Source: Chiloscyllium plagiosum (lineage: Eukaryota). Taken from it: DNA of 64,000 nt. The stretch's first letter is position 1, and every line of letters begins with the position of its first letter. The translations under genes were made by a program, and so were the position numbers. The notes beneath the pieces were generated by a model, which was not told the origin of the DNA, did not search any database, and worked only from the letters and a program-made list of their open reading frames with translations. The stretch is from contig NC_057711.1 in NCBI RefSeq assembly GCF_004010195.1, forward strand, positions 70,064,944-70,128,943. The letters run 5' to 3'. Shown piece by piece: positions 37,630 to 51,350 of this stretch.

Positions 37630-39840
37630 ACAGTACCCTTAACTCTTCAATAAGAAAGAATTAAACCATCTGTCCATGACACTATCAGTAAGAGTGACCC
37701 TGTACAGTCCTTGTAGAGACGAAGTCCTGCCTTCACTTCGACAATACCATCCATCTTACTGTCTGGCACTATCACAGTGCTTAATGGGACAAACTTCAAT
37801 CAGATCTAGCAACTCAAGACTGGGCGTCCATGAGATGCTGTGAGCCATTAGCAGTAACGGAATTGTGCTCCAACTCAATTTTGCAACTTCATGGCCCGGC
37901 ATAGCCCCCACCCAAGTGTTACCATTGATCCAGGGGATCGACCCTGGCTCAATGCAAGAGGGCATGCCAGAAGTAGCACCACGCATAACTAAAAATGAGG
38001 GGTGAACTGGTGAAGCAACTATACAGGACTACTTGCACATCAGACAGCATAAGCAGCAAGTGATAGACAGAACTAAATGATCCAACCAACAGATCAGATC
38101 TAAGCTCTGCAGTCCTGCCACATCCATTCTAGAATGGTGGTGTACAATTAACCAACTCACTGGAAGAGGAAATTCCACAAATATCCCCATCCTTAAAGAT
38201 GCAGGAGGACATCCAACATAGTGCAAAATATAAGGCTGAAGCATTCGCAATGACCTTCAGTTAGAAGTGCTGAATGGATGATTCACCTTGGCCTCCTCCA
38301 GTGGTCCTCAGCATCATGGATGCCAGTCGTCAGCCAATTTGATTCATTCCACATGATATCAAGAAATGGTTGGAGAGACTGGATACAGCAAAGACTATGG
38401 GCCCTGACAACATTCTAGCAACAGTACTGAAGACTTGTGCTCCAGAACTTGCCACTCTACTAGCCAAGCTGTTACAGTATAATTACAACACTGGCATCTA
38501 CCGATCAATGTGGAAAGTTGCCCAGGTATGTCCTGTATACAAAAAGTAAGACAAATCCAACATGACCGTAAACCTCATCAGTCTACTTGTGGTCATCAAG
38601 GAGAAAGTCAGGACTGCAGATGCTGGAGATCAGAGCTGAAAATGTGTTGCTGGAACCTGCTGTGCTTTTCCAGCAACACGTTTTCAGCTACTTGTGGTCA
38701 TCAGGTCAAGTGATGGAAGGTGTCATCAATAGTGCTATCAAGCGCCCAGTTTGGGGTCTGTCAGAGCCACTTAACTCCTGACCTCGTAACAGCATTGGTT
38801 CATACATGGACAAAGGAGCTGAATTCCAGAGGTGAGGTGAGAGAGACAGCCCTTGACATTAAGGCATTTGACTATCTGTGTCATCAAGGAGTCCTAACAA
38901 AATTTGAGTCAATGAAAATCAGGGGGAAAGCTCTGGTTGGAATCATACCATGCACACAGGAAGGATGTTGTGGATATTGGAGGTCAGTTACCTCAGCTCC
39001 AGGACATCTCTGCAGCAGCTCCTCAGGGTAGTGTCCTAGGCCCAACCATCTTCAGCTGCTTAATCGATGACCTTCCCTTCATCATAAGGTCAGAAGTGGA
39101 AATGTTCGCCAATGATTACACAATGTTCTACAACATTGTGAGTCCTCAGATACTGAAGCACTGCATGTTTAAATATAATAAATCCTGGACTATACTCAGG
39201 TTGGGCTGACAAGTGGCAAGTTAAATTCATGTCACACAAATGCCAGGCAATGACCATCACCAATAGAAACAAGCTAACCACTGCTTATTGACATTCATTG
39301 CTGTTATTATCACTGAATCTCCAAGTGTCAATAACCTGGAAGAGTTACCATTGACCAGAAACTCAAGTGGACTCACCACAACTCAAGTGACTACAAGAGC
39401 AGGTCAGAGGCTAGGAAAACTGCAGTGAGTAATTCACCTCCTGACACCCCAGAGTCTGACCATAATTTACAAATCACAAGTGATGAGTGTGACAGAATAC
39501 TCCCCATTTCCCCTGGATGGGTGTAACTCCAACAACACTCAAGATGCTTGATACCATCCAGGACAAAGCAGCCTGCTTGATTGGCATCACATCTACAAGC
39601 ATCCAGTCCCTCCATCACTGATGGTCATTAGCAGCTTTGTGCACTACAAAGTTCACCAAATCTCCTTAGTCAGCACTTTCCAAACCCACAACCAATTCCA
39701 TCTGGAAAGACAGGACAGCACACACATGGCAACGCCACCACCTGCAAGTTCCTCTCCTAGCCACTCACCATCCTGACTTGGAAATATATTGCCATTCCTT
39801 CTCTGCTGCTGGGTCAAAATCCTGGAATTCCCTCTGACAT
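37630..39840 (+). mobile_element. Degenerate CR1-clade LINE ORF2 (second family)
   Basis: KTMGPDNI, ALDIKAFD and PQGSVLGPTIFSCLIDDLP...MFAND motifs plus 3' UTR. Confidence 0.88.
38599..38687. mobile_element. Penelope pLTR fold-back mini-insertion (89 bp)
   Basis: TSD CTACTTGTGGTCATCA at 38583-38598 and 38688-38703. Confidence 0.88.
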
Positions 39841-41569
39841 GGTAAGGCCAGGAGGTTTAGAAGAGATGTGAGGAAATATTTTTTTCACCCAGAGAGTTGT
39901 GGAATGTGGAATTCACTGCCTGTATGAATGATAGAGCCAGAAGCTTTCACTACATTTAAGAAGTGTTTAGATGTACACTTATGATGCCAAAGCATATAGG
40001 AATTTTGGTTGTGCTGGAAAACGGGTTTGGAATAGTTAGGGGCTTGTTTTTAACCAGTACAAGTCAATGGACTGTTGGGCTGTGCTTTAGACGTCTATGA
40101 TTTTATGTAGTGTTGTTGTAATGTAGGAAAAGCAGCAGGCAATATACACATAGCCAATTCCCACAATCAAAGCTATAATAATGACCATATCATGGGTGTT
40201 GTGGAATAATTTGTTTTTAAAACACCAGAAAGACCTCAAATGCTGTTCTTCTAACTAATGCCATAGAATCCTTTACATCAACCAAGAATGTGCAGGATGG
40301 AAGGATTGACAGCACAATGCATGGACACAGGCAGCCAATTAAAATGGTTCAGTCCAAATTAGGAGTGATTTTTCTGGTGGTGAAGTACGTGCTAGCCAAT
40401 CTGATAACTTAGTTGGGGTGACCACCTCGCTGCTCAAGTGGCTCCATGAGAAGGAGAGGGTTCGTATCTCAGGGACCATGGGGAGGTAGATGTTATGCAC
40501 ATCCCAAGCAAGTAAATCCCCTCTACTCAGAGGGGCCTACTTACTTTGTGTGTCATAATTGCAAAATGTAATCCAAACATTCATGTCAATGTGCCCTCAC
40601 AGTTCTGGTTGGGCCTGCAGCATCAGGAGCCTGACTTGGAATGGCACAGCCACCTCCAGGAAGGCTCTCTGCCCATCTTGCTAGGGGCCCCCATTTGAGC
40701 CTAATGTTGGGATCCGAAAGCTTCCGAGGAAATCCAGACCAATATCTCGGACAGTACGGCACTCCTCAGTGGTGTACTCAAATCGCAGTTTCAGCTGATA
40801 CACAATATTCTTCGCAAAGAAGGGTATTTCAACAAAGTGTTAGCACATTAAGAGGGTACATTTTCTCAAGGGTAAATTTAATGCATGATTAAAAAATATA
40901 TCAATATAAAAACTACAATGTCTGTGAAACATTGTAGCAGTAGCAAATTTAAAAGAATTTTCACAGGTTTTGCACATCAGTGGATAGGCCAGCATTTATT
41001 GCCCATCCCTAATCCTTGAGAAAGTGGTGATGAGCTGCCTTTTTGAGCCACTGCGATCAGTGCACTGTAGACAGACCCGCAATGCTGTTTAGAAGGGTGT
41101 TCCATTATTTTGATCCAGTGCCAATACTCCCCCTAAGCTGTGCGACCGTGCATTTGTGTATCTGTTCCAGGGGTCTATGCACAGAGATAAGCATGTCAAT
41201 GTCATTCACAGCATTTACTTCTGCTTTGACAAGTCACTAATGTGCACAGACCTTGGAGGATATGTAGAAAACAAATTATTTGGCAAGAATTCTGCACAGC
41301 AACTGTGAAGGAGCAGTGATATAATACCAAGTAAAGAGGCTATGCAATGTGAAGGGGAATTTGGTCATGTTCTCATGCATTTGCTGCCCTTATCCTTCAG
41401 GGTGGTAGAGGCTGCGGGTTTGGAAGGGGCCAAAGGACCTTGGTGAGATGTTGATTGGTGCTGCAAAACCTCATGTGGCTTGATGTATGATTCATATTGT
41501 ATGCAACTGAAGATTACGGGATTGACTTTGGTTTGGACACGGAATTCTGGCTCTGAACTACTTTATCAT

Positions 41570-43160
41570 CAAACCTGGGAAAGAAAGCTCACCAATCTAT
41601 GGATGAAAAGGTGTTTCCTCACCTCAGTCCTAATTGGTCCATTTCATTTCCTAAGAAAGTGAAACCTGCTTCTGGATTCTCTGGTCATTGGGAGCATCCT
41701 TCCTGTGTTTATTCTGCCTAGTCCTGTTAGAGATTTAGAGATTGCTATGAGATCTCCCTTCAATCTTCTAAATGCCTGTGAATATAGTCCTGACGGATCC
41801 AATCTATCTTCATGCATGAGTCCTACTTTCCCAGTAATCGTCATTGCATTGCTCCATATCCAGAACATCCTCCTTCAGACAAGGAAACACTGCATATAAT
41901 ACGCCAGGTATGGTCTCAAAGAGACGCTGTACAATTATAGCAAAGCAAATCCTCTCACTATGAAGGCCAAAATATCATTTGTCTTCTTCACTGTTTGCTA
42001 TATCTGCATGCTTACTTTCAGTGACTGGTACAAGGACACCTAGATCTCGATGCAACTCCCCCTTTCCTAATCTCTCACCATTCAGAGAAAGGATTTCCCT
42101 CCCTGTATTTTTTTTTTAAATTTTTTAACTCGTCTGGCTCCCTCAGAGCCAGCTCTCAGAGTGAACAGAACATCAGACACTCCTTTTTTTAAAATTTTCT
42201 CTCTACCCCCCACACTACCACCTAACTGTGGTAGTGCTTATTTTCCCCCAGCACCCATTTGTGCGTGTGCAGTGTGAGATACAGTGAAAGACACAAGTTG
42301 TCAAAATCTTTATTCAATTTCCACCACCAGAAACAAACAGTCAAGTGGCCAGTGACAAGCAGTGCCCTTCACAACAAAGAGCAATGCTATGTGATCAAAC
42401 AGTGAAGGGGAGGGCTGGGATTAAATCAAAATAGAATTGCCCTCCCTGTTTTTGCTACCAAAGTGCGCAACCTCACATTTATCCATATTATACTATTGCC
42501 ATGCATTTGCCCACTTACTCAACTTGTCCAAATCACACTGGAGCATCTTTGCATCCTCCTCACAGTTTGCCCTCCCATCCTACTTTGTGTTGTCTGCAAA
42601 GTTGGAGATATTGTATCTAGTTTCTTTATGGTGAGCTGAAGTCGAAGAGCTGATTCTAGATGGAATACACTGCCACAGAATGTGGTGGAAGCAGTTCAAT
42701 TCAAGGGGACATTTGACGATTATTTGAACGGAAATGGTGTGCAGGGATATGAAGAAAAGACAGGAGATTGACACCAGATAATAGAACCAGCACAGACACA
42801 TTGGGCTCAATGGCCTCTTTCTGTACTGCAACAGTTCTGTGATCCCTGTGTACTCCGCAAATCACTGCCTGCCACTTGGAAAACAACCCATTTATTCATG
42901 TACTTGTTTCTGGTCTACTAATCAGTTCTCTATTCATGTTGGTACACTAACCCCAATTGCATGTGTTTTAATTTTTACATGCTAATCTCATAAGTGGGAC
43001 CTTATTGAAAGCCTTCCAACAGTCCAAGTAAACCACAACCACTGGCTCCCCATATCAACTCTACTAGTTACATCCTCAACAACTTCCTGCAGATGTGTGT
43101 AGCATGATTTCACTTCAGTAAATCCATGCTGGCTCTGTCTGATACTGTCACTGTTTACAA
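41570..43160 (-). mobile_element. Degenerate CR1 LINE with nested insertions
   Basis: RRLKGDLIA, ISNFADNTK and LDCWKAFNKVP-like motifs. Confidence 0.8.
42107..42439 (-). mobile_element. Poly(A)-tailed retroposon 3' fragment (L1/Tx1-like)
   Basis: Poly-T at left end; TSD CCCTCCCTGT at 42097-42106 and 42440-42449. Confidence 0.6.
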
Positions 43161-43353
43161 CCAAGTTGTATGCAATAGAGATTTTTACAGGGCCAGCAAT
43201 TCATGGAGAGGGCATTGGAAAGCAGCATTACAATTATAAATTATTCAGAATTATAAATGAGTTGTATTGATGTTGAAAAAATTAGTTTGAAATTCTTCTT
43301 AAACCATCCCAAAGTAAATTACTTTACCATAGAGTTGGTGCTTCAGGAAATAG

Positions 43354-43540
43354 CTTAAAAATGTGTTGCTGGAAAAGAGTAGCAGGTCAGGCAGCATCAA
43401 AGGAACAGGAGAATCGACGTTTCGGGAAGGGCTTATGCCCGAAACGTCGATTCTCCTGTTCCTTTGATGCTGCCTGACCTGCTGCGCTTTTCCAGCCACA
43501 CTTTTTTAAGCTCTGATCTCCAGCATCTGCAGTCCTCACT
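43354..43540. mobile_element. Penelope pLTR fold-back mini-insertion
   Basis: TSD TGCTTCAGGAAATAG at 43339-43353 and 43541-43555; loop keeps only helix II and GAAACGTC of the hammerhead. Confidence 0.9.
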
Positions 43541-44138
43541 TGCTTCAGGAAATAGGCTTGGGTAGAAGATTACTTTGATGCATGGTGCATAATTGCTGAT
43601 AAAAGCAGGTCTTTCAGTTTGAGTTTCATAAAGGACAAGCAGCTGAAAAATCTGTTCTAACTTACAGCTAATGGAAGAAATCTACAGGCTCCTCACAGAG
43701 CCTTACAACAGAAAGTAGTCAGATTGCATATGTAACTTGGAAAGAGTTTTATAGAAGCAATGGAAGAAATCTGGGGGGAAAGAAAGGAATCTTTATCCAA
43801 AGCCAGAACAAGGAGCTGATGAGACAACATTCATGGGAGCTTTAAAGGAGATTGGAGGATTCTTTTTTAATTCAAGGAATTGTTAGAACATGGAGGAGAA
43901 TTATAATTCTAACTGAATTCCAGAAAGCTGTGGCATACCTTTGGGCTGTTCTCGGAAACAAACCTTCAGGATTTTGTAAGATAAGGAAATTCTTGGGAGA
44001 TTGGGAGAATAAAAAATTAAAACTGAGCTTATAATATACATAGTTGCAAATTAAAGCCTTAAGTTAATAATTCTCAATTTGTTTAATAAATTTTAAAATA
44101 CAATAAAGTTTGTTAATGTTTAAAAACATGAAATTTAC

Positions 44139-44458
44139 TAGCATAGTTCTGTTGGTTAATTGCTCTGTTTTTAGATTTCTTGAACTGTTTATGGTCCCTA
44201 ACATAATCATAAGAAGTGATATAAATGAAAGCAACATAATTAATTGCATTGCTGATTTTTCCTTGATGGAGGGTAGTTTTTTGGAATTCTGCTTATTATG
44301 CTACAACCCAGCAGGAAAGATTTCTACTCTTGAGATTCCCAGCCATTCTGCAACCATTCTGCCAGTCAAAGGAAATGTATCATTTGAAACAATCCTCTGT
44401 GTCATTTCTATTTAAGAGGGCAGTTCATGGATCACTCCTGAGGTAACAAACCTAACCT
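44139..44458 (-). pseudogene. Pseudogene A exon (320 bp, phase 2-1)
   Basis: gctgcag| G*VCYLRSDP*TALLNRNDTEDCFK*YISFDWQNGCRMAGNLKSRNLSCWVVA**AEFQKTTLHQGKISNAINYVAFIYITSYDYVRDHKQFKKSKNRAINQQNYA |gtaaat. Confidence 0.55.
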
Positions 44459-45786
44459 CTGCAGCATCGTATATCAAATGATCATAAAATATATGACTAA
44501 ATGAATATAGATATGAATGACATCATGTGTCATTCCAAAATGCTAGCTTTGGCAGTTGTGCTTAGTTTTCAATATAAGCCACTTAACACTCTTAAGTGAT
44601 TAATTTGTAGAAGTAATGGCTTGGAATTTGCAGTTTAAATGGCAGTGAAAAAGTCAGCCTTCACTTGAGTGCCAAATGAGAGCATTCAGTTTTAGTATCC
44701 ACTCTTGTACAGTTAGAAAGAAAAAATTGGATTTTGCTGTTAGTGATTTCTTGATGGATGCACTTTTGAAGCCACTGTAAGGCAGAATCTTTAGAAATCA
44801 CTGATTTGATGAGAACTTCCCCTTCTTATTTTCTCCTGCCACTATTAAACTCCCCTGAAAAATACACATCACATTGATAAAATTTAGCTGGGTTTCTAAT
44901 AATGTACTTCTGACAAAACCTCTTTAACTGTGGAAAAACAATTTTGTATTTATTTATATGATGATATGTTTTTGCAGTATAATAAATTCTGTAGCTTTTT
45001 GAAATACAATGTATTTCTAAAGTTTTTAAAATGATATTTCAGTTTCCACTGTTTATGTCCCAAACTTTATTTCACTGTCTGTTAAATTTTAATTCCTGGT
45101 TTACTGTCTTTGAACTATCTATAAGTCAAAATAGACAGCACCAGAAGAATTCTACGAGGATTCTTCAAAGTGATTTATTATTTACTCCGTTTGATGACAT
45201 CAGTTTTGTTGGATGCCTGGAAATCAGTTTGATTTGGATCCCTTTCAAATTTACATCAGAAAAGTGAAATCTAACCTGCAGAGTTTGCTAGACCTTTGTG
45301 GGAATCTTTCTTTTGATGTTAACGTTGAATGCAATCCCTTTTTCACTGATCACAAGATCTAGGTCAGTAGGATTTTGGCTTCACTTGTCTTTATTGCCAG
45401 CCTACTAGATTGCCTTTGAGCCTGGACCTCCCTGGGTGATATAATCTTTGGGACAATTCCCATCCAAGACCCTGGGGACTGGTGCTGTCTATTTTGACTT
45501 ATCGATAGTTCAAAGATGTTATCATGCACCTCTGGAGCAGGTATGACTTGAACCCAGGACTTTTGGCTCAGTGTAGGTACCATGACCATTGTGCCACAAA
45601 AGCTTTCTATGTTTTGATTTAAATTATCCCATGTGTACAATATATTACCTCTGATTGACTGAGTGGTTATTAGTACCTTAAATTGTGTGCTTTCTCTCTC
45701 TTAATTCTTCCAGAAATACTTGTAGTTCATGGCAAATTGAACTTTCTCTGACTCAGCACTGTTTGAGCAATTAGAGGCCAACTAAC

Positions 45787-45929
45787 TTGCAGGTACTTTA
45801 CTGGATCCTAAGTGTACCTCCCTTACTCCCTCCTCATTGACTGTTACATGATGTGGGAGAGAATTCCTATGGTTTTGCCCATAAGTTGAACACAATAATA
45901 TCATCTGTATACCAGCAAGGTACCAATCT
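45787..45929 (-). pseudogene. Pseudogene A exon (143 bp, phase 0-2)
   Basis: tcatttag| RLVPCWYTDDIIVFNLWAKP*EFSPTSCNSQ*GGSKGGTLRIQ*STC |gttagt. Confidence 0.55.
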
Positions 45930-46208
45930 CTAAATGATTTTGACAGTTCATGTTTGCCCATGATTAGCACAACAGCAATTTACAGGCAGTACTAAAAAAA
46001 ACTAATCTTTCACTGATTTCTTTCAAAGTTATTTCAAAAATGGTTGCTGGCTCTATAATATTTAAATCTGCAGTTGTATGACTATATACTTGCGATCTTC
46101 TTCTTGCTGAATATTTTCTCTGATTCTGAAAATTCAGAACAGATTCTGTTTAAACAGAAGATGCATATTTGACAGCAATGATTCACAAACAGTATCCCAC
46201 AAAATAGA

Positions 46209-46377
46209 TGCTGGAGATCACAGTGTGTCAAGCAGCATCCATGGAGAGAGAGCAAGATGAAGCATCATCTAGACACGCAATGATAGCTTGCTCTCTTTCC
46301 ATGGATTTTGCCTGACCCATTGTGATCTCGAGCATTTGTTGTTTTCAGTACAGAGTTCAGCACCTGCAATAATTTGT
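46209..46377. mobile_element. Older Penelope-type fold-back mini-insertion (different subfamily)
   Basis: Imperfect palindrome (TGCTGGAGATCAC...GTGATCTCGAGCA) with one-sided tail; TSD TCCCACAAAATAGA at 46195-46208 and 46378-46391. Confidence 0.75.
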
Positions 46378-47072
46378 TCCCACAAAATAGACCTAATTCT
46401 TATATCTCAGTTAGATACAAGTGGGTTATTAAAGCTGTTGTTGCAAACAAAATATGTTTGTGTAAATATTATCTTTCTCATCTCATCCTTGGTGATTTCA
46501 ATCTCCATTTAAATTCATCATCCTGTCTCCTCAGTTCTGAGTGCATACCCTCCTATTCACCCTTGATCTCTCACTCCACGTAAACTCTCTGACCCACATT
46601 CGTGGCCACCCATAATCTTGTCATTTCACATGGTCTCACTACTCCATCCTATCACTTAGAAATTAGGGCACTTTCCACCCACATCCTTGCAACCTTGCTT
46701 CTTTTCAGGAAGCAAATGCTACCAATTCAGTTGCAGTGGAAATTTAAAGGTCTCAGGAATCTAGCCTTTGATCTTCCACTCACCATGACATTCTTGTAGT
46801 TACTAACCTGCACAGCACCCTCAAATCCACTTCCATAATGCTTGAAGTTCCATAAAACCATTGTGCACATTTACTTTGTTCATTGATGTAATACAGCCCT
46901 CAGGTTTGCTCCATTAAACACGAGGGATACAGACTTGAATAAATATAACAGGTTCACAGCTTGATCTGACTGACTATTGGCTCTTTCTCTCATCTATCAA
47001 GACTGCTCACGATACTAGAATTGCTCCCCTGGTTTATTTTCTCTGCTGCAAACCATCTTTATAAACATTTGT

Positions 47073-47395
47073 GGGCGGCACGGCAGCACAGTGGTTAGCA
47101 CTGCTGCTTCACAGCGCCAGAGACCCGGGTTCAATTCCCGCCTCAGGCGACTCTCTGTGTGGAGTTTGCACATTCTCCCCGTGTCTGCGTGGGTTTCCTC
47201 CGGGTGCTCCGGTTTTCTCCCACAATCCAAAAAAATGTGCAGGGGTTAGGTGAATTGGCCATGCTAAATTGCCCGTAGTGTTAGGTGAAGGGGTAAATGT
47301 AGGAGAATGGGTCTGGGTGGGTTACGCTTCGGAGGGTCGGTGTGGACTTGTTGGGCCGAAGGGCCTGTTTCCACACTGTAAGTAAGTAATCTAAT
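47073..47395 (+). mobile_element. HE1 SINE, full length, young
   Basis: GGGCGGCACGG start, A-box region, B box GGTTCAATTCC, HE1 core and tail. Confidence 0.95.
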
Positions 47396-47659
47396 CCCCA
47401 TCCCCTATCCTCTCTGTCTTTACTTTCAAAAACAAAGAGTTCATGAGCTTCTTTTTCACTACAATTGAAGTTATTTTATCAGATGCCTTGCTGCCTAACC
47501 TTTTTCCAAAGTCTACTGGGCCAAACTTTCCCTAAAAGTCCCCGTATCCGCAGCCCTGAACTTGGATCATTTTCTAGCTTCCCTCCTATAGCACCACATG
47601 CCCTCCCAGAACTCAACCTGTCTATGAGAGCCATCTCTTTCTTTGTTGACTAAGTCTCC

Positions 47660-48800
47660 AGGAAACAGGGAAGGCAGATGAACTCAGGGCATAATTAGGA
47701 ACATGGGACTGGGACATCATCGCAATTACAGAAACATGGCTCAGGGATGGGCAGGACTGGCAGCTTAATGTTCCAGGATACAAATGCTACAGGAAGGATA
47801 GAAAGGGAGGCAAGAGAGGAGAGGGAGTAGCATTTTTGTTAAGGGATAGCATTACAGCTGTGCCGAGGGACGATATTCCTGAAAATACAGCTAGGGAAGT
47901 TATTTGGGTGGAACTGAGTAATAAGAAAGGGATGATCACCTTATTGGGATTGTTTTATAGACCTCCTAATAGTCAGAGGGAAATTGAGAAACAAACTTGT
48001 AAGGAGATCTCAGCTATCTGTAAGAATAAAAGGGTGGTTATGGTANNNNATTCTATTAGATTTAAAATAGTGATGGAAAAGGATAGACCAGATCTAAAAG
48101 TTGAAGTTCTAAATTGGAGAAAGGCCAGTTTTGATGGTATTAGGCAACAACTTTCGAAAGCAGACTGGAGACAGATGTTCACAGGTAAAGAGACGTATGG
48201 AAAATGGGAAGCCTTCAGAAATGAGATAATGAGAATCCAGAGAAAGTATATTCCTGTCAGGGTGAAAGGGAAGGCTGGTAGGTATAGGGAATGCTGGATG
48301 ACGAAAGAAATTGAGGGTTTGGTTAAGAAAAAGAAGGAAGAGGATTTGAGCTATAGAGAGAGGCTGAACAGGCTGGGGCTGTTTTCCCTGGAGTGTCGGA
48401 GGCTGAGGGGTGACCTTATAGAGGTTTACAATATTATGAGAGACATGAATAGGATAAATAGGCAAAATCTTTTCCATGGGGTGGGGGAGTCCAGAACTAG
48501 AGGGTATAGGTTTACGGTGAGAGGGGAAAGATATAAAAGAGACCTAAGGGGCAACTTTTTCACACAGAGGTTGGCACATGTACGGAATGAGCTGCCAGAG
48601 GAAGGGTGGAGGCGGGTACAATTGCAACATTTAAGAGGCATTTGGATGGATATATGAATAGGAAGGGTTTGGATGGATTTGGGCCAGGTGCTGGCAGGTG
48701 GAACTAGATTGGGTTGGGATATCTGGTTGGCATGTTGGCGTGGACGGGTTGGACCAAAGGGTCTGTTTTCATGCTGTACATCTCTATGACTCTATGACAC
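47660..48800 (+). mobile_element. CR1/HER1 LINE with RT domain deleted
   Basis: APE motifs (IAITETWL, LFYRPP) joined near 48340 directly to the C-terminus (EDLSYRERLNRLGLFSLE) and 3' tail. Confidence 0.88.
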
Positions 48801-50234
48801 TGTAAACTGCTGACCACTCAACCTCCTTCCTGATTCTTATATTAACTAAAAATATTAAACTCTTCTCTATTTTCAAATATTGTCTCATTCTCCTGAAAAA
48901 GCCACCATAATCACCATTCTCATAAAACTAATACGTGACGCATCACTGTCCTTGCATCTTATTGTACTATTTTCAAATTCAACCTCTTTTCTAAAGGCCT
49001 TAGAAATCTTTTTACCTTCCAAACCCATGCCCAACTTCCCAGAACTCCATGTTTGAATCTTTTCAATTTCAGTTCTCCCATAGTATGAAAGCTGCTGTTC
49101 AAGGTCATGAATCACATGCTAAAACAAAGATAAACAATCCCTTTCCATCCTTTTTGACATGTCTGCAGTTTTTATCCCCTCCAATATCTTCCCACTCCAC
49201 TATAATCTAGTTGTGTGGAACTGCTCTCACATGGTTGCATTCCTGTTTATCTTAATTGTAGTCAGCAAATGGCTTGCAATAGTTTCCCTTCCTATTTCCA
49301 CATCACTTGTGACGTCTCAGATACTGAAACTGTCTGTCCACATGTATCAAGCCATAAGCAACATTCAGGCCTAGGCTGCAAGCGTTAAGTAATATTTGCA
49401 CCACACAAGTGCCAAGCAATGACCATCTCCGACAAGAGAGAAATTAACCACCTTTCTTTGATGTTTAATGATATTGTTATTGCTGAATACCATCAGCATC
49501 TGAAGGGTGGGACTTGGATGTCTGGATCCTGCCGAGTATTTTCAAGGTCTCTGGAAATGCCTGGCTCTGTCAAAATACGGCCCTAACTCACTCATCATCC
49601 TTGAGGTAACTTGGCTCAACTTTAGAATTCACATACCTTGTTTTAAAATTCCTCTATGGTCTTATCCCTTTCTATCTATTTCATCTCCTCTAACCTCAAA
49701 GCTCCCTGGGTCTCTACAATTCCAGCCTCATGAGACAGAATTACTCTCCACTTGGTGGTCATGCATTCAGCTGCTTAGGGTCTAGGCTCTGGCATTTCCT
49801 GTCTAAACCATTCCATCTCATAAGTTCTCTTTCTTCTTTTAATATGCTCATTAACTTATCTCTTTTGCCATCTATCATAATATCTCTCTATGTGAATCAT
49901 TGACAAATTTTGTTTCATAATGCTCCTGTGAAATATCTTGAGATGTTTAATTACGTTAAAAGCAATTTGTTTTATTTAATTAAACTGCAATTTGGAAAAA
50001 AAATTCCAATTGCTTTAATATGTATTTTATCACCTGTTGCCATGCATTCAGACGTCAGAAACAGTATTTCTTAATGCAAATGTATATTAAACCAATAACT
50101 TTGTTCAGTGTCCATTAATTAATTTATATTTTTCTCCATTTAAGTGTGATGATAAAAAACAGTAAAATAACTGTTGTCTTTGTAATGAACCCAAATGTAT
50201 CAAAGCTGCAGTATCTCTTTTATTTTTGGCTCAC

Positions 50235-50391
50235 ATTAACCAGTTTCAAAGCCATCCAAACGTGTGATACATAATCTCCCTTAAGGCAGCCCATCTATCT
50301 CGGGGATCCAAACAGTTTGCGTTGGCCTTTGCAGTAGTAGAGATGACAGCAATATCAAAGTCAACTCTAATATTCGGCAGAGATCCTTCAC
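50235..50391 (-). pseudogene. Pseudogene A exon (phase 1-0 with one frameshift)
   Basis: ttttcaacatctatag| SEGSLPNIRVDFDIAVISTTAKANANCLDPRD / MGCLKGDYVSHVWMALKLVN |gtgagc. Confidence 0.6.
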
Positions 50392-50993
50392 CTATAGATG
50401 TTGAAAACAATCTGTTGTATTGATTTCTTGCACTGAATCTGAGCAATTTTCTGACAAAATTGTTGAAATTATTAAAGAAGTAAGATTGTTCAAAATGAGG
50501 AATAGTTAATTGATTCTCATAACAAATTTGAAAGCATTTAGTTAATGGGGACCCTCTTTCACACAAGATTTATGTTATTATCATTTCTGATCAGAAACAT
50601 GTTTTGGTATCCCTACTGTTTGTTTTATTCATTTTAAGGGATAAGGTTGCTATGAACTTGAAGAAGAGAGTTATAATGATTAGATGCCATAGGTAATAAT
50701 TTTCTATTAACATTTCTGCAATGGACCTACTTGTTCTTTTCTTTGCAATAGTTTTAACTTATTGTATGTTAAACTGGATTAATATTGTTTAACATTAATA
50801 ATAGACTTCATTAAGACAAAACAACTGTGGTATATCAAGGAACATCTGTGGGCCATCAAAGAAAGCTTTAAGAAAGATCCATATATAACAAACTATTCTC
50901 TTGGCCTCTTTCCAATTAACTGAAAAATAACAAATGTTATATTTAGCAGCTGGATGCAGAAATACTGCTGTAGAATACAGAGCAATAACATAC

Positions 50994-51092
50994 TGCTCGC
51001 ATTAGGGGACTCAAAAAACTTCGCTGCATCAATAGGGTGGGTCTCAGCCAGTTAAATGCCATCCAGCTTCGAAACATTGTACGATGTATGAA
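50994..51092 (-). pseudogene. Pseudogene A exon (99 bp, phase 1-1)
   Basis: ctgacag| HTSYNVSKLDGI*LAETHPIDAAKFFESPNAS |gtatgt; weak polypyrimidine tract. Confidence 0.5.
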
Positions 51093-51350
51093 CTGTCAGT
51101 ACTTTTTTTCCAATGGATAAGCTTGGTCAAGTAAATAGTAAAAGGTTCAGTGGTTTGTTCTGATCACAGATCATGTCCTGATAATGTAAAGCCGATCCCA
51201 CAAATGTCTCTCTGATCAGCAACCACAACATGTCTGAAGAAGTACACTGATTGATTGATCACCGTGCCTTTATTGATAACCCCTATCATTCTTGGAGATA
51301 AGTAAGATATTGAAGGTGGGGATGATTTTGTTCAGCCTATAGAGACATAC

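Larger units (their letters stand above)
46450..49960 (+). mobile_element. Ancient L2-type LINE, fragmented by younger insertions
   Basis: LILGDFNLH endonuclease motif at about 46480, ILFDMSAVF at about 49150, L2-like 3' end near 49900. Confidence 0.55.

Noticed and set aside
47073..47150. tRNA gene
   Set aside because: A/B boxes belong to the HE1 SINE head and run into SINE body.
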